Below are positions 1-16,300 of a stretch of DNA of 64,000 nt, piece after piece. The notes under the pieces are model-generated. The model saw only the letters and a program-made list of their open reading frames with translations, had not been told where the DNA came from and did no database searches. The stretch is from Balanoglossus misakiensis (lineage: Eukaryota; Animalia; Hemichordata): the NCBI GenBank assembly GCA_040954595.2, contig CM082596.2:842736-906735 (forward strand). Direction: 5' to 3'. A program made the position numbers and the translations under genes. The stretch's first letter is position 1. Every line of letters begins with the position of its first letter.

Positions 1-3000
1 CATAATTTCCAATTTTCTGAAATGTATGCAGATACAATTAAATTTTAAAATTTTCTTGTTCATAAAACGATGTATATTCAGTGGTATGATGATACTCTGA
101 ATTCTTGTGATAGGCTTTGGTTTGATAGAAACAGAGTTGATATTTTTCAGTGACTGATCTGTCAGTTTACCGAGTGAAATCTGATGAAATCATGCCTGGG
201 GGCAATTATATTTGAGCAAATATGCAGAACTGTTATAATCAGACGGTCAAATTGAATTCAACATATAACCATTTGAGAAAGTCTGAAATGCCAACTCCAG
301 ATGAGGTCACAGACCCTGAATTGATCCAGGTAACTCAGAATCCCGGTGCCCATTTGTACATGATTGCTTCATTGCATTTGATGGTCTTGATGAGTTGAAT
401 CCAAGCCATAACAGATCACACATATGTCTGGCAGAGACACTGTAATCTCTCTTTAAACTCATGCAGTCAATCTGCAATACAAGTCTATGCAGTTTTGAAA
501 TTTGGAGCAATGGCTATAAGCTGCTTCTATTAGGTTAATCCTTGTGGACACATAAGCATTTACTGTGCGTATACGTTGTGATGTCAAACAGTTTAGCCAG
601 GAAATTGTTTTCCTGAAATCTACTATTTCTTTTGCCAAAGTCATTCTGTAAGCTGACAGATTCAATTTTTCTTCACTGCATGGGGAGAATAATAGAAGAA
701 GTGACAGGGCTACCTTGTGGCAGCATGTCTTGGTACTTAATCTCACGTTTATCATTTCCAAATGTCAGCAATGTAATGCCCCAATATATTCCTAACCAAT
801 ACCTGATGCAAACGCCCACACAAGACAAGCAAATAAACAGTGGAGTACATTCCAAGTCATCAATTTTATTGCAGCTGCAGATAAAATTGAACTGAATGTA
901 GTGGAATTGTGTAGAGGTGTGAAGTTCCATAACAGCATACATGCATATGCTGAATTGGAAAAGTTGTGAGATATTCCGTGTGTGACAAAACTGCGAGACC
1001 CGCAGTCGGTGAGTTGGAAATCCAATCGTTAATGCAAGCTGGGGAAATGGTTCAGAACATGGACCGTGCCAGCAGTTATGGCATTGCATGATGCCGATGT
1101 CTTTGATGTTGAGATTATGCCTCATCCACCTGATCAGATTCTCAGAGTCTAAGTCCTGCTATAATTGGAGTCGTGCAAATAAAGCGGAAATGTTGATGTC
1201 TATGCCGGCACACGGAGAGGCAATAAAAAGCAGGATAAACTTGGACTTGGTCAGCTGGAAATGCAACATTAATGCACACATTGTAACTTTAACTCGAACA
1301 TTCAAACGAAGATAAATTCTGTTGATAACGATCGGGTAGGTGTCTTTGAAGTTGTGATAAAACAGAAAGATATCACAGTCTCTAGGGCTTTGTGGGTAGT
1401 GCCCAATTATTTTTCTCATCTTTTGCTCAATAGCACACTTTCACTTAGCTCCTTGAAATGTGTGTCACTGCTCAGTCACATGACAGGAAAATTATGCATA
1501 GGTGGTATTGTAGAGAGTGATATGTCAGTTGTTTAAGAATTGAGTAGTAAATATTGATTTCACAATTAAAAGTCATGTTGAGGCAATTAATTTGGAAGTG
1601 GTTTCAATTAGGAATTTATGAAACCTTGTATTTATCCCAAATGTTGAACTGCTTTTATCACTCAAGGATATATGCATTTAAAGTTCGTTAACCTGTACAT
1701 CGGATGTTTGTTTCTTTGCACTGGAAGGAGGGAAGGAGGATGGGGAGAATATAAAATGGAATTATCATGGAATAACGTGCATGTTTCATGAGGGAAGGAT
1801 AATTGCCACGTAGGACCAGTTGAGCAAGTCTGTTGAGCTGAGAAAGTCTCTAAACCTGTCTGCATTATTGATAACCATGTGCAAACATGGTTCTTAAGTT
1901 AGCAATGCATGGTCATTATTAATGCATAGTTCAATAAATTATTGTACAGGGATATGGTACACAGCAAGCTAGAGAATTATAGACAAGAATGGTCGTTGTG
2001 TGTTTCAGCAGGACGGGCAGTAAAAGTATATATGGAGATGTTGAGAATGGCATCCGTTGGTTTCAGTGTTTGGGTGGATTTTTATAGTTGAGGTACAGTG
2101 TGTTCACGTGCCATGGAAAACAATTGACAATATAATAGGGACAGATAGAGATGTACATGCATCATCAGTAAATAGAAGTTTGAGTGAAATTATCCAATTT
2201 GATCTTAATTTCCTTCCCTTTAGAGTTTGTATAAAAATTTGTTGATCTCACATTGGGTGATTCATTTAATGCCTGCAATTTACACTAAACAGTTCCCTTT
2301 GAATCACTCAATTAACATTCATGATGGAGATTATCAAAATTTGAAGGTTAACCCCTAAAGGAAGATTTGCCTGAAGGTATGCAGTCAGTTCACTCAACCG
2401 TACATGAAAAACTAGGGTACTGTTAGAAAGAAATATGGCAATCTTACTGCACAGGGTTGAAACTTTCTATATATAGCAGCAATTTGCCCATATAGTGCAG
2501 ACGTACATGTACAATAAGGCTGATTACCTAAAAATGTTCTTTCCAAGAAAAGGCATTATAATTAGACGTCTGCTTTTTCCAGCACAGACCTGATCTAAGA
2601 TGATTGTCCTTTATTTAGATTGTAAGATGCAGTCTTGTTTTAGTCACATGTACAGTGAGCAATGGAAATATGAATTTCTTTTTGAAGTAATTAGCTTATA
2701 ATTTTTAAAATCCAAAATGTCTGCCAAACGCTACACAATGGATGTAATTAATGAATTGCTGTAATACAGTAATGATGAAAACCTTATTTCATCGTCAGCT
2801 CTCAGAAGGGTTCCTGAAAGAACCCAAACTCTATGACTAGTTTGATCTTAAAAAAGTGTTAATACCCCGGGACACCAATTCTCATGTGTGCAATAAACAA
2901 GTGATGTATTAAGATCAGTGAATTAACAGGTAATTATGCCTCATACAAGTATGCATTGATGGATGTACATCTGGAAAGGGTAAAGTCACATAAAATAGCT

Positions 3001-4308
3001 GAATATCAGCTGTCAAATTGTGATAGTCTGATGATGGACTCATGCAGAACATGGCATTTTGAATAGAAACAGGTAATTTATCACTGATTACACAGGGGTG
3101 TGATTGATCATTCAGACCTGAATCTTTCAAGCTGATCATGTGTTTGTTTGCGACAACAACTGAACCCTATCCCTTAGTTGAATACAGCCTCCTGATCAGT
3201 CTATCAAATATACTCCAGTTGGCGGTTTATCCATCGTTCTCTTCACTATCATTGTCTTATAATGCCAGATTTCTGGCAGCAATGTCGTCAATGAGCATGC
3301 AGTTGATCATTGGGAAAAGGCTTCAGGGTTGCACATTGCTAGGATCAGCATGGGTAGGCCAGCAGTGATGTCGATAAAGGAACAAACTCGAGATGGAAAT
3401 CATGCCTGATTGACTTATAGATGCAAAAGCCACTCTCAATGTTTCAAATTAAGCATATTAGATAATTAAGGGAATTGTTGCCCCTGGGACAATCAATTCA
3501 TTCAATGGTGCAGCTAGCTATACATGTAATCAGAACATGTGATGTGATTTTCTGGAAATTTGTTATACAAATTGGTCGACAGAATTACCACTGCAGTCAA
3601 AGTTCACATCAATTCTATAACATTAGAGTAATTCTGTTGACTGTTATCCAACAAGTTTAAAATCATTAGGTGATAGGATTAGACCATGGTTGCTGGGGAG
3701 ATGTAAAGTAACCATGGATACAAGGGATGATAGCTCATTTCACCAACTACACTAACAAGACTTGTATAGAAGATGTACAGAGCAGACTTAGGTACCATGT
3801 GAGTGAATATTTCATTTCATGGCAGCCGCATTTATGTCCAAATGATAGGATCATCTTCTTTTAGTAAACAGAGAGCTGTAGAGGGCGCTCCTAATTATAT
3901 CAAGACATTGTGAAAATTAAATTAACCATGTACCAGGTCATCATGTCTTAAGTATTTAGCTGAAGGTTTACAGTTTAACTTTAAGTAATATAAGTCTTCT
4001 TTCAAAAGTGCTGATCAACATAATCTGACAGATTCTAATTGCCACTTGTAGATTGAAAAGATACATTTGTTCTGGTATATTGAGCAAAGCTGTCAATTGC
4101 CGAGTACAAAAATCTTTACATGTGCTACATCTACTCACAAAAACACTGTTTTGTACAGAATGACATCATCAACTGGTAAATTCTGACTCACCAGCTTAAT
4201 TCTGTGTTAATCCAATTAAAGCTCATGATACTTTTCTACTTCAGATTAAGAAATCAATAACAATTTTAATGGTGTTCTTTGTACTGTGTTGGTTAGGGGC
4301 CGTAGATT

Positions 4309-4374
4309 CAGAGAGAGAGAGAGAGATGTGGAGAGTTTTAGAGAGAGAGAGGGAGAGGGGGGAGAGAGAGAGAG
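4309..4374. repeat. interrupted (GA)n microsatellite / purine tract
   Basis: agagagagagagagaga ... gagagagagagggagagggggggagagagagagag. Confidence 0.85.
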
Positions 4375-7300
4375 CCACTTACGCTTTAAAGAATAAATGG
4401 CTGCTTGTGTTGAGAAAGGGGGGGGGATGCTTGATGTAGAAATTCTTGTAACAGAAAAATCAATGCACATGTATGTCACCATTAAATGGTTCAATGTGGA
4501 AAAGGTGTAATGATTTACTCAGCCATGGATTTCCTATAGAAGTGTTCAAATATAACCCAGACGAATCAATTCCACTCTCCTCTGTATTTATCTTCTGTTA
4601 AAGTTGATTCAAAAATCCATACCATGCTGTCATGTCGTGTTGGAACTGCTAGAATCCCGGTATGAAGTGTGAATTAGTACATTCTAATGTTATTGAACGC
4701 AAACTCGTGTCAATCCAATGATGGACCGCTGAAGTACATTTAGCGATAAATGTGAAAACTCAATTGTGGAACCCTGATGTTTACTTTGTAACTTAATCAT
4801 TTGCCCTGGGAACTGAAACTCTTGTTAGTGACCTCTCCTATAGTTCTGCTCAAGACTGCAGTACCACTTTGGTATAATGTTACCGGTAATGTGCGATGTG
4901 TATTACCCTGGTGTATTTTACAGTATGCTGCAAAATCTCTTCTGTTCTAGTTTTTTGTCAAAATTTGGTACATTGTAATGTTTTCAATGTACTTCGGACA
5001 TGTTTTGCTAATGAAGTGGATAAACAAGTAGATTTGATCATTGTATTTCTTCTAATTATTCTTGTGACGTCTATACTACTTGTCTGTGTCCCAGGCAACT
5101 GACAATTCGTAGAAAATGTTATTGAGAGATTGATAAATTTTCGTGGAACTGAAACAGTTCATATGACAGCATGCTCATGTATCTCTATTGTCAACAGACA
5201 AAGCAATTATGAGAGTCTAGATGAACCATGGGCACACCACAGATGTCCTGTACTTTGGCAATTTCCGTTCAGTGGGATGCATTATTGTTAAAGGTGCTCA
5301 CATCTTCGTCTGTTTGGATTTACTGAAGTGCTAAATGACATGCTTATGTGTTTTATAGTGGTATAATCGTGTGGTTGGACCGCATGTGTTACATCGACCT
5401 ATAGGTCGCATCTGCTTCTTTCAAACCATACTATAGACACTCTGCCATATGTTGTGAATGTCACTTGGTAAAACAAGCAAGCTTCTGAAAGTCTTTCATT
5501 TTAAAATTAGATGATATAACATTATATATTGAGGTAAATCAAATTATATTTTGTAATTTTTCTGAAGTACATCTGATGCCATGAAACCTAGCAATGTATA
5601 AGTGGATTGAGCAAAGACTTTGCAAAGCATTAAAGTTTCAAAGTTTCATCACGTAATATAGGATGAACATTGATAAGTTCAGTTTAGGGGGAAATATAAA
5701 ATCTTTTAATAGTTTTGTCACTGATTTATTGAGGTCATTTTGTTCCTTTTATATTGTGCAAGTCAGTCAAGGTTACCTGTCTTGATTTTTTATTATGGAT
5801 TGTTTAATTTGATCTGAAAACTTAATCCAATGGAACCTTACTTGTTGATCGGTCTGTGCCTGGGGACCATGGCTCAGCTGCCACGTTTTGACTGGCCTGT
5901 CACGTAACAGATTGAATCCATTTGATGGACAATTGCAAGTAAATCGGAAGACAGGTATTCTACATTAGTCATTATGAGATTAGAAATAGGGAATTCCAAT
6001 TGAAATGTGTGCAGAACCATAAAATGGCGTGTTTGCAATGTGCGTTTTATTGTTGAAATTTATTCGCATGATTAGCTCAGGTCCTAGATTACTGAAAAAG
6101 TACTTCCTTTTGGGGAAAATTTTCAGGCCTTATGGTTGAGTTGATAAGTACCTGTCAGTATTCTGTTACATGTGTCACATCTGGTGAACAGTTCCTTGTA
6201 CCATCTGGTATAACATATAGTGTTGTGTTTTTTAAAGAAATTTATTTTAACTATACAAAGACATTTACTTGATTGGCAGGAGAGTGAAAACCATCCTTTA
6301 TTCTAGCACATTCGGATCAGACAATATAACCATTAACCTTTGTTTGCTTAATAAATCAAGCTTGCATCTATTCAAACTGACTGATCTGGTGCTAGATGTT
6401 GAAACCTTGTTATCCAATACACAAATGTCATCATTAGGGGCTGTGAATAAAGCACATGGCTGGTACAAAAATTTCTTCATTTAGAGGAGGTTAAAATTAC
6501 AAAGGGCTCTACTGGTAGCTCATAAATGTACAAAAAATTAACGTACACAGACTGTAAGTCTTGAGACTCTGTTAACAAATCTAAAGTTCATACACGCTGT
6601 GAGTTGATAACCAAGCCAATTTTTGCCATGTTTTAAAATATAAAATAAATCTTGGTATGATATACGAGGAGCATGTCACATTTCTATTTCAAATAATGAC
6701 TTTTACTTTGTAATATGTGAAAGAGATTTATTATACAAATCTAGCTGGTGAATTACGTTCCAATAAATAGAAAAGCTAGAAAAATAACATTCAGTAAAAG
6801 CAATAAAAGCCATTCTAGGGTGTAAATTTTCAGATATGAGAAACATTTCACAGTGTATTTCTATGGGCATTGCTTTCATCAGATCCATCGAGTAGAGAGT
6901 GTAAGAAGAAGAAAAAATCATTTGATGTCAATTGAAGAGTGACCGATATTAATGTAACTGTACTTTCATCAATGGTGAAAAATGGTTGAAAGGTGTTGCC
7001 TGGGGAGAAGAAATTGGATTTTTTTAGCTTCTGAAGTAGAGAATTATTGACTCAAAGCTGTGTGTATTGGAAGAACGTCAGAGTACATTGATAGATTTCT
7101 ACATGACACCATGCTGAATTTCCCTAAATGCCTCATCTAGTAGTGTTGCACTTTTTTGTGTTTCTCAGTTGCTGCTTGCGGTTTCCAATTATCGGCTTGT
7201 AAATTCAGGAAACAGAAAAAAGTGACAAACACTTTTAAGTTCTGATTTGCCAATGTTTGCTGAATTCTGATTGAATCTGAAAGCACATTGTGATACGGAG

Positions 7301-10300
7301 CTAACCAAGTGTGTGCAATTTCAAATTGCTTGTTGAAGATCAGCAATAAAGTTTATTCTACTGCAAGTCTTAGAAGTCATGTCCACATGATAAGCAAAGT
7401 TCACTGGTTTGTGGACATTGCTATTTCCCTATGACACTATGCCTAACATCTATCCAACAGATACGTCAGACTCAATCAACCTGACACTTTCCAAACTGTG
7501 TTAAAACCTCTGATTAGTTGGTTACCAGAAATATGTATAATTGAAGTCACATTGATATATGTCCTATAAGGCTGCATAATTCTTGAACTCTGGCATCTCA
7601 AGAGTGAAAATAAATAAAAACTATGGTATTTCTGTTCATTATCAATGACTAATGTCACAGGAAACACTTGACATAAGTTTATTAATGCTACATTAATAAT
7701 CACATTAATTAAAGTGGCTGTAATGGTTTATTTCAGGTTAATTTATATCCTGTCTGTAACAGTAAATTAAAATTTAGTATTTTTGTACACTGTTCATGTC
7801 TCCCCTGACATGTTTTGCAAAATGTCGGGGTTTCTGCTTGACAACGCACGTGTTTGTAGGTATTTAAATATGGGACTGGATAATGAAAGAACTAAAAGTA
7901 CTGTTTATAATCAATCTTGATCAGGTTTGTTTTGAAATATGAACCAGTAAACAGTCCTAAAATATGAGAGAAATATGTGGAATAATAATGAAGCCTGATG
8001 AGCAGGTGGAGTAATCTGAAACCTTTGTGCCTGATTGGTGGAGGTGTCTCACACTTGGTCTAGAATATTAAGGGGGGAAAGAGAAAATGGGTGAAAATTT
8101 CAAAATAATGCTTCGTGAAAAATCTGGAAAATAACACACAAACAAGTAACAGCATTTGAATACAGTGACATTATAAGGGGCGAGTTGAGATGTTGGAACA
8201 CTCTCAATCAGACTCTATAAGATACAGTATTGCCATCATTAGCAACATGTCAGTCCTCACTTTGTGTTCTAGAGAGTAACATGGAAAGAAGTGACAGGTT
8301 TTCTTTGGAGGTCCTTTAAGAAGAGATTTCAACAGGCTCTTTGAAAAAGACTAAAGAGTACACAGCATTTGACACCCAATTAAGTATTGATGTAGACATC
8401 ATCTATTGGTCAATGACTGTACTTATCTATTGTTATGCAGTCTGAAGGATATTTTAAACTGCTTGACATTTTCAGTATTTTTGCTTTGAAAGGTCGGAGG
8501 CCATAGCTGCCACATATGTGAATCGTCGTTTCGCTCATAAACAGAGATGTGCCATCTAGTATAACCATGTTGCATTTCTGCTACAGTTGTGTCCTCATTA
8601 TATTTCTTTGGTATCATAATGCAAGCCTGCAGATATGATTTAATGGTGGTTATGCTTTTAGAAAGTTCTCATGACAGAGCCTGTCTCTTGATCACCCAGT
8701 TACTAATCCTTAAGGAGCATCATTTGCATATAACACCTGGTGAATTTATGTCTGCCGTAATGCCATTCAGCCAGTTACTGTAGAAGATTCCCCCATAATG
8801 ATTGCCTCTAATAGAAACAATGAACCTAATCCATTTTACAAATCTAGTAAACTAGAGTATTTGTCTCTAACATTCTATATCTTTTAATTGACATGTTCTG
8901 TGTTTTTACTGTCAATCTGTGACTTCTTTGTTAGTTTATTGTCATCAAACAATGCAGTAATAAGAACATTTTATGTCATTTTGGAGTGGATTTTTCTCAA
9001 ATAAATGAATATTGTAACATCATATTATTTGATGGAGAAGATTAAAATTCTTTCTTCAATAAATGTAATCGATTTTCATATTTTACTACAGCAATATATG
9101 ATGCTATAAAGAATTATTTGCACAGCAGAGAAAGTGATAATATGGCATGAATGCATTTACTTTCTCTAGGCATAAATTCTTTTATGTTTCATATGAGGGC
9201 CACAGCTTGAAAATACTCGTCTAAAACAAAAGAATAATCTGTGGCATCCCATCAACTTGATATGGACATACTGAATAAATATGATCAAGTATTTGAGTTG
9301 CTTTAACATTCTGCGACATTAAATCTTAACTATTATGAACACACCCCTGTGATATTAGTACCTTTTTCATCGTAATCGCCAGGTAAAATGCTGTAAACTA
9401 TATTCATTTTCAGTTTATATTAACTTTCAGAAAATTCTCTTAAAAATGCATGTATTTTTCATGACCATTTCTTACATAAGTCTCTGTAATAAATTCACAA
9501 TTGCCCACTTAATCTTACTGATTGAAACGACAGAATGCACTATAATAACCTGCTGTTTAATCTACATGCACAGTAAACTCCAAAAGTATTAGAATATTAA
9601 ATGTCCACTATCTGTAACTTCTGACTATTTTTTCAGTAGTTAATTTTGTTCTGTTATGAATGCAGCATAATAGGAGATGTAACAGACACATTTTTAGTGT
9701 TCAGTCTGTGCAAGGTTTATAATGCCAATATCCCTTGCACCAAACTTCAGTCAGCTTGTCGAGTGATCAAACCTGACCCATTAGTTTCTTCCATCGAAGG
9801 AAGTAAATTGTATTAGTTTAGTGACAGGCTGTGCGTACTGACCCATTCAATTGAATTACGGGAGGATGTACATTGTATGTGGCTGACAGAGTAAAGAGAT
9901 TTGACCTTGTAATGTCACCTTTTGAACTGTTATTTCATCTTCTCAGTTTATCTGAACATGTAAAATAGGAGGCTACTTATAGACTTTTATCTTTTCACTT
10001 TGGAATGGCGTCTTGTGTATATTTGAGTAACCAAACATGGAACACCGTCTTGCAATCGAACTAATTGAACATATTGATCCTGACTATTTTCACAGTATTA
10101 TCCCTTTATACGTATTTAATCCTTATAAATTTATATAAAACAAAAATAGTCAGAATAGTTGAATTAAGATTGCATGCTGAGTTTGTTAGAGTGCGTTTAT
10201 GTGTGTATTCACAGCATTTTGTGGCAGAGGACAGTTTTGTAAAAGTTTCCCTATTTTTGGAACAGTTAAATTAAGCTATTTGCTTTTCCCAGTTTTCTAA

Positions 10301-13300
10301 AAGGGTATAAATAGTCTCTCTTGCATGGCTGAAATGTTGCTGCTTTGACGGTAACAATGCACCACATGCGAGGTATCAATCGAGAAACCACTCATGACTG
10401 CGTTCCCTTTGGAAAGATAATGTCTATTGAAATAGATTGCAAGCAACCTAGGAAACGGACATCATTGATTGATCAGTTACTTGTTTCAAAGAAAGAGCTT
10501 ATCCTTTGAAGAGAAAATCATTCGTCAAGACATGGTGTAGTTTTTATTTCATTTGGTGAATAGTTTCAGACCTTGCTCTTTAGTAGTGGTTGATGTCTCA
10601 TCAGACTTCAGGAAGAGCAATTGTTAATCTTGATCAGTGGTGATTGGATACAGTGGTTGCCACGGATCTATTAGCTCAGCTTTTGCATCCGTTAATGGAC
10701 GTAAATCAAAAGATGGTGCATTTGGCACTTAGATGATTTTTTTTGTGGTCAAGTCACAGCAGCTGGTCTTCCTTTTTTTTCTTTTTGCTGATGGTCTCTG
10801 AAAGATTGGAAGGGAATTGTAAACCCCTTTTCCCAAGGCTCTTTTCTGATTTAGAGATACGTATCAAAGTATAGAAGAATATCATCTAATTCTGTAACTT
10901 ACTTCCATTGCACACAACGTCTAGACTAATTTCTAATGTGCCTTTTAACAGTGATTACTTTCAGCTGTGGTCAATTCATTTCCAAGCAATGCAATGATGT
11001 ATAGCAAACATTGAATACACTCTCTGATTCCGTCACAAGTCATGCAGCTGCAGAGAGACTTAAATGGAAGTGAAAAACACTTTTCAGAAACATGCGAGGG
11101 AAATTGTATGACAGAGATAAGGGATGTTTCCATGCTGTGATTTGAAATACGTCTCTAAGAATAGAAATGTTTTCTACTAACATTCGCCCAACCATTGCAT
11201 ATTAAGAAGTTAAAAATGTGTGAGTCAATATGTAACCATGACTGAACATGTTATTGGTGAACATGCATGACCCACTTGTGTGAATCATGCTTGTGTTGGT
11301 TTAAAAACCTTGACCTGATACTAGAGTATGAGAACGCTTGAGATATATCTGATACTCTGAAAACTAGCATCAACTTTGATGAGAATGAATGTGTGCAGTG
11401 AGGCTGGAGAAGTCTCTTGATTGCATTGCAGCAATCAATAAAAGCATTCTGTTTAGGATCAAACGCCACTGGTGTATTAGAAATGAAACTCCAAGTAGAT
11501 TGAAAGCTCGTAAGGTGTGAAGCGTTGTGGCAGCCTCGCAAATTCAGATTGATTCAGGCTGAACATGAGGAGAATCTAGAAGGTCACAGCATTCTGAAAC
11601 TGTCATTGACCTTTACCCTTGTCGTTTTGTATATTGCATTTTTTCTTTCGAGTTTTGGTGTAGACAGCATATAAGGCTAGGGAGAATGACTTTATGCAAA
11701 TATTTTCTGTCAGGCTGTCGACACAGATACATGTGCATAAATGCATGGTGATCGCTGAATAAGGGGAAGCAGTTTGTCGACATTAATAGATATGATTGCA
11801 TCCATTATATCACACTATCCTGAATGGATCAGGCGTGAAATTAAACACGCGCTCTTGTTATTTGTTCACAATGAAATGTTTGACATCAACGGCGTGCAAT
11901 AATGAAAACAGATTTCAGAACCGCCTGTCATTCTAATGCAATTTCATTATTCCAATAAAGAGAGGATTACTGAGATCAAAAATGATATTCCATTCGATAT
12001 TTAACCAGCCTGAAATCAGCGGTCTGTTCAGTGGTTGGGCACCTCCCACAGGGCTGCCAATCCGAGGCAACAAATTATGTTTTTCAGTGGAGATGCAAAG
12101 CTATTTCCCAGTTGAATGTTGACTATAGATACACAAGTACCACTATTATATCCATCTTATAATTTAATCTTGTACTTCCAAGTGAAAGTTCCAAATCATC
12201 CTGCCATAAGGCAGTGTGCTGTCCTAGAAACAGACAAGATTGCGGCCATCATAGTCTGTGTTTGTTCCCGCGAAGTTATGCAAATGCACATAAGACAATC
12301 GTCGGCCTTTAAACTGGTAACCAGTATGGTCCTTTACACTCATTTCAGCTTAATTATTTTCCTTGTGCTACATCCAAAAATACCTCTTCAGTTTTAACAT
12401 GACTCACGCTTGATTTAATCGACAGAATGGGTTAGATCGTATAGCCTTCCAAGAAAAGTTAGCATGGTTGACTAACTACCTGATATCTTTATAGTATTGG
12501 CATTGTCGGGAATCTTATGACATTTATGGACAATCTAGGCAATGACCCGAACGACATTACTTGGTCTGTTAAATACGTTGTGATCATGAGCGTGCCTATC
12601 TTTTCCCCCAAAAGAGGTGCATAAAAGGACTGTAGTTAGTAAATCCTGACACCAGAAATGTAGGCGCACCTCGTAAAGAACAGTACTTAGTTTTGACGTC
12701 GCTCCTTTTACCACAGCCATTAAGAGTCTGCTAAGAGCTCAGCTTGATATCATCTCAGTGTTCTCTCACACCGTGCAGTAACCACATAATGTTAAAAATA
12801 GCCAGCTTCTCATCAAGGATAGATCTCTCTCTCTGATGCCCCTCTGAATATTTTGCTTTGTAATTAATTACATCATAAAACTATACGTTCGTTGAATCAC
12901 GCTAAATAAAACAAGAAGTGTACATGTAACTATGAATCAGTTACAAAAGACAGTAACGGACTAATGTGTAGCAATCTCTATACCTGTTTCACTGTGCACC
13001 ACTTGGACTTAATATCATATCCATATTTTGAAAATTGGCAAACAGTTCATTGTGAAACATTCTTAGCTCTGCCGGTATTCGTAAAGCAAAAAAAGTATAT
13101 CTCAAGTTGTGTGGCGGTTGGCAAGCCAAATTCATCAGGCTTATACTGCTGCCAAGTTGCCAAGTATTACATGTACCATCTGTGCCAGAATGATGAAGTT
13201 ATGGACCCTGCAGCCAAATGAACGTTTTTGTGCATGCCAAATATACCATATTAATATCTATTGACTGCAAAAAGAAGAATTGCGAGTTAGGTTTCAGCAT

Positions 13301-16300
13301 TAGGGATTAAATGGTGCTTGTAATGAAGAGCCATAGTTGGAGATTAGATCGTGTAAGAAGTGGAAATATTCTTATTTCCTGCTTTGAACTCAAACAATGA
13401 GGATAAGAATGATTGGCACCTGGATCTAGATGGAATCTCTCTCGTCTTTGCGTTGTCAATTTTTTCATCGTGAGAAACGTCAGTTTTCTGAATTGCATTT
13501 CCATGTTGCTTAAGTTACCCCATTGTTAATCGCAGAAAGGCGAGTGCCTCGGATTTCAAATATCGTCTGATAACTGATGGGCGGGATAATCGAAATAGAA
13601 ATACGAGCCAATTTCTAATTTGTATCATACGTGACAATTCGAAATGCATTTTGTACATAAAGTATGTTGAAGTTTATGATGCTGGGAGTTTTTAGGCAAT
13701 ATACGTATTCATGACTGCCAATTAAAATAATCTGTTACCATTTTGGAAAAGTTAATTTTCCAAAGTCCATTTTGAGAAAAAGTGTATTCCTGATTGAAGT
13801 GTAAAGGACATTCTGAATCTTCTGAATATTGTCCACAAGATCATCCAAAAGAAAATCCCAGAGTGGTCCAAACTTAGTTAGGAAAAGGGGAAACAAGTTT
13901 TCTAAGACGGAAGAACTCTAATGTATGTAACTGCTTTCTTGAATTTCCTCCAAACACCCGGGGGAAATTAAATGGGAACTAACTTTAGTTATTTCAAGGA
14001 ACAATTCCCCTGAAGAATACAGCGTATTTGTTGGTTTTCTTGAACATAAGCATCGTACTCCAGCTCGCAATCTTTGTGTCATTGTCGATTATCTGGCTGT
14101 GATTTCAAGAGTTTCCAAGTGCAACAAACCGATAATGTACCACTTGATGTCAGTATCTATTAAATTGTTAAGCACATACTGTCAGTGAACAGGTAACGTC
14201 CTTGAATGCTGAGAACTGCAAACTATTTGAAGTTTATTCCCGTGGTATACCCTATACCTCCACATCACAGTGGAAAACAATCTTCAAGGAAATAACTTGT
14301 GACAATTAAGGACTTTGTTTGGTCAATTTTAATTAAATCGCTGTTGTCATGGTTAACGCAATAACACACCAACAATTTGATTATGCCATCATGAGTATAC
14401 CTTTCACGTTTTTTGTATATTATGCCCTAAAGATATTGTTGTGCTCAGGGCAGCTTGGTAGATATACACTATGCTGTGTATAAGCATAGGAAACGTATGT
14501 CTGGGTGAACCAATACTGGGTATAACAGAAGATATACCCAGAACTGGTTCACCAATGTTACTTTATCAACTTAATCCATCTGATGGGGTACACGGATTAA
14601 GTAATTAGCTGGTGCTGATAGTTTGTTTTCTGGATTAGCAACTGTAAATACTTTTATCATATGCTGATACTATGTATGTTCAATATCTGGCTAACTATAA
14701 TGTGGAGAAAAAACAATACATCTAATTGCAGCAAGGTAGACATTACCTCGCTACGATAGATGGGAAATCGAAAGTTTTGGAGGCTTATAGTCTTTTTAAT
14801 GGCCACATATATGATTCACCTGCCCACTCAAGTCTAGCTGTCTTCTGAAGTGACAGGTCCTGTGATATACAGACCTTTCCTGTTCAGTATAAAACACACT
14901 CAGTCGGTTTCAGAGCCCTGAAGGTTGATGCAATACTCTTACAGGACCAGCTGATGCTGGCTGTCTTGCCTTCCAGATTGGCTGATAATGACATTACTTT
15001 TCCATATATGCCGAAAGAATCCTTCAGGCTATGTGGCAAGCCATGCATTTGAATGTGAAATCTGCTGCACTAAGCTTCACAAATAGGTGAATAATTTGTT
15101 TTATGGACGGTTTGCATTAGGGACGAGAAACGATACGTTCGGTACTTAAGCCTGGCTATAAACATCAATATTTGATGGGATAATTTGTATGTTTTCTGGA
15201 AATGACTGTAGATTTTGTGAAGTTATTTATACTTGAAAATAATGAAATAACACAAAATTTATGAATTCATATGACATATATTATATACCGTTTTCATAAC
15301 CTGTGAAAAATATGGCAACTTTTGTGATTCATTATAAGTCTCTAACACTAGAACGCAAAGTGGGAAAAACAAGGACAGAGCTTGTGATGGATGGTATTAA
15401 TTAAATCTAAAGACATTTTTGCAGAATAGGTACTGCTTTAATTGTTATGCAAGGTGTAAATCAACAGGGGTTACTTGGATGAACCTTTTTTGCAATGTAA
15501 GGTTTAATCCCTTTGGGCTAACCGTGCAAATGTTTGTCATTAGTGTGATCAGCTCAAGAAAATGAGTTTCTGATAATGGTTCAAGATTATAACAGATTGA
15601 TTATCATTCTGTGGCATTGCCATGTTCCCATGTTGATTGTTTCATTGTGGCTAAAAAGCGAACTTGCTTACACATTTTACAACAGAAACTGCAAGTGCAG
15701 TCATCTAAATTTAAGTGTTTACCTATCGCTAGCTTCTTTAGAAAGCTTGCTCAATACACAATGATTTAGTCACATACTTGTTTTACAAAATCTTAAAGTT
15801 TGGTACAAAATAAGACTTTGATTTCAGATTGGAGATGCAATATTTTCATCAAACCCATCAACATTTGCTTCAAATTCTGGTTAGCGAGCTGCCACCAAGA
15901 CCATCGCTGACTTGTTTGTGGAGACTTGAACGTTATTCAAAAGAGGTCAAGCCATGAGAGAGAGCCATGTTAAGCCTCCCAGCAAAAGAAACATCTGCTA
16001 ATAATTACCTACTCAAGATTCCTCATTTCACTGTGATATAATCTCTGCTGGCATCATAATAGACAATCCCAAACCTGTTGCCGCGTCTCAAAATAAGTCG
16101 CAGTCTGCTATTTGGCAATAAAGAAGTGTTCCCTCACTTGGGAGAGCATCTTAGAAGTCCATTAAAATTTCTATCAGAACCACCTTTGGAAAAAACATCT
16201 GACCTTTCTCATCTTGAGTGAAAGATAATTGCCTTATTTGATGCAGTGGTTAGCGGATTTGTTGTGTTTTCCCCCAAAAAAACTGAAAACATCAGATCAA

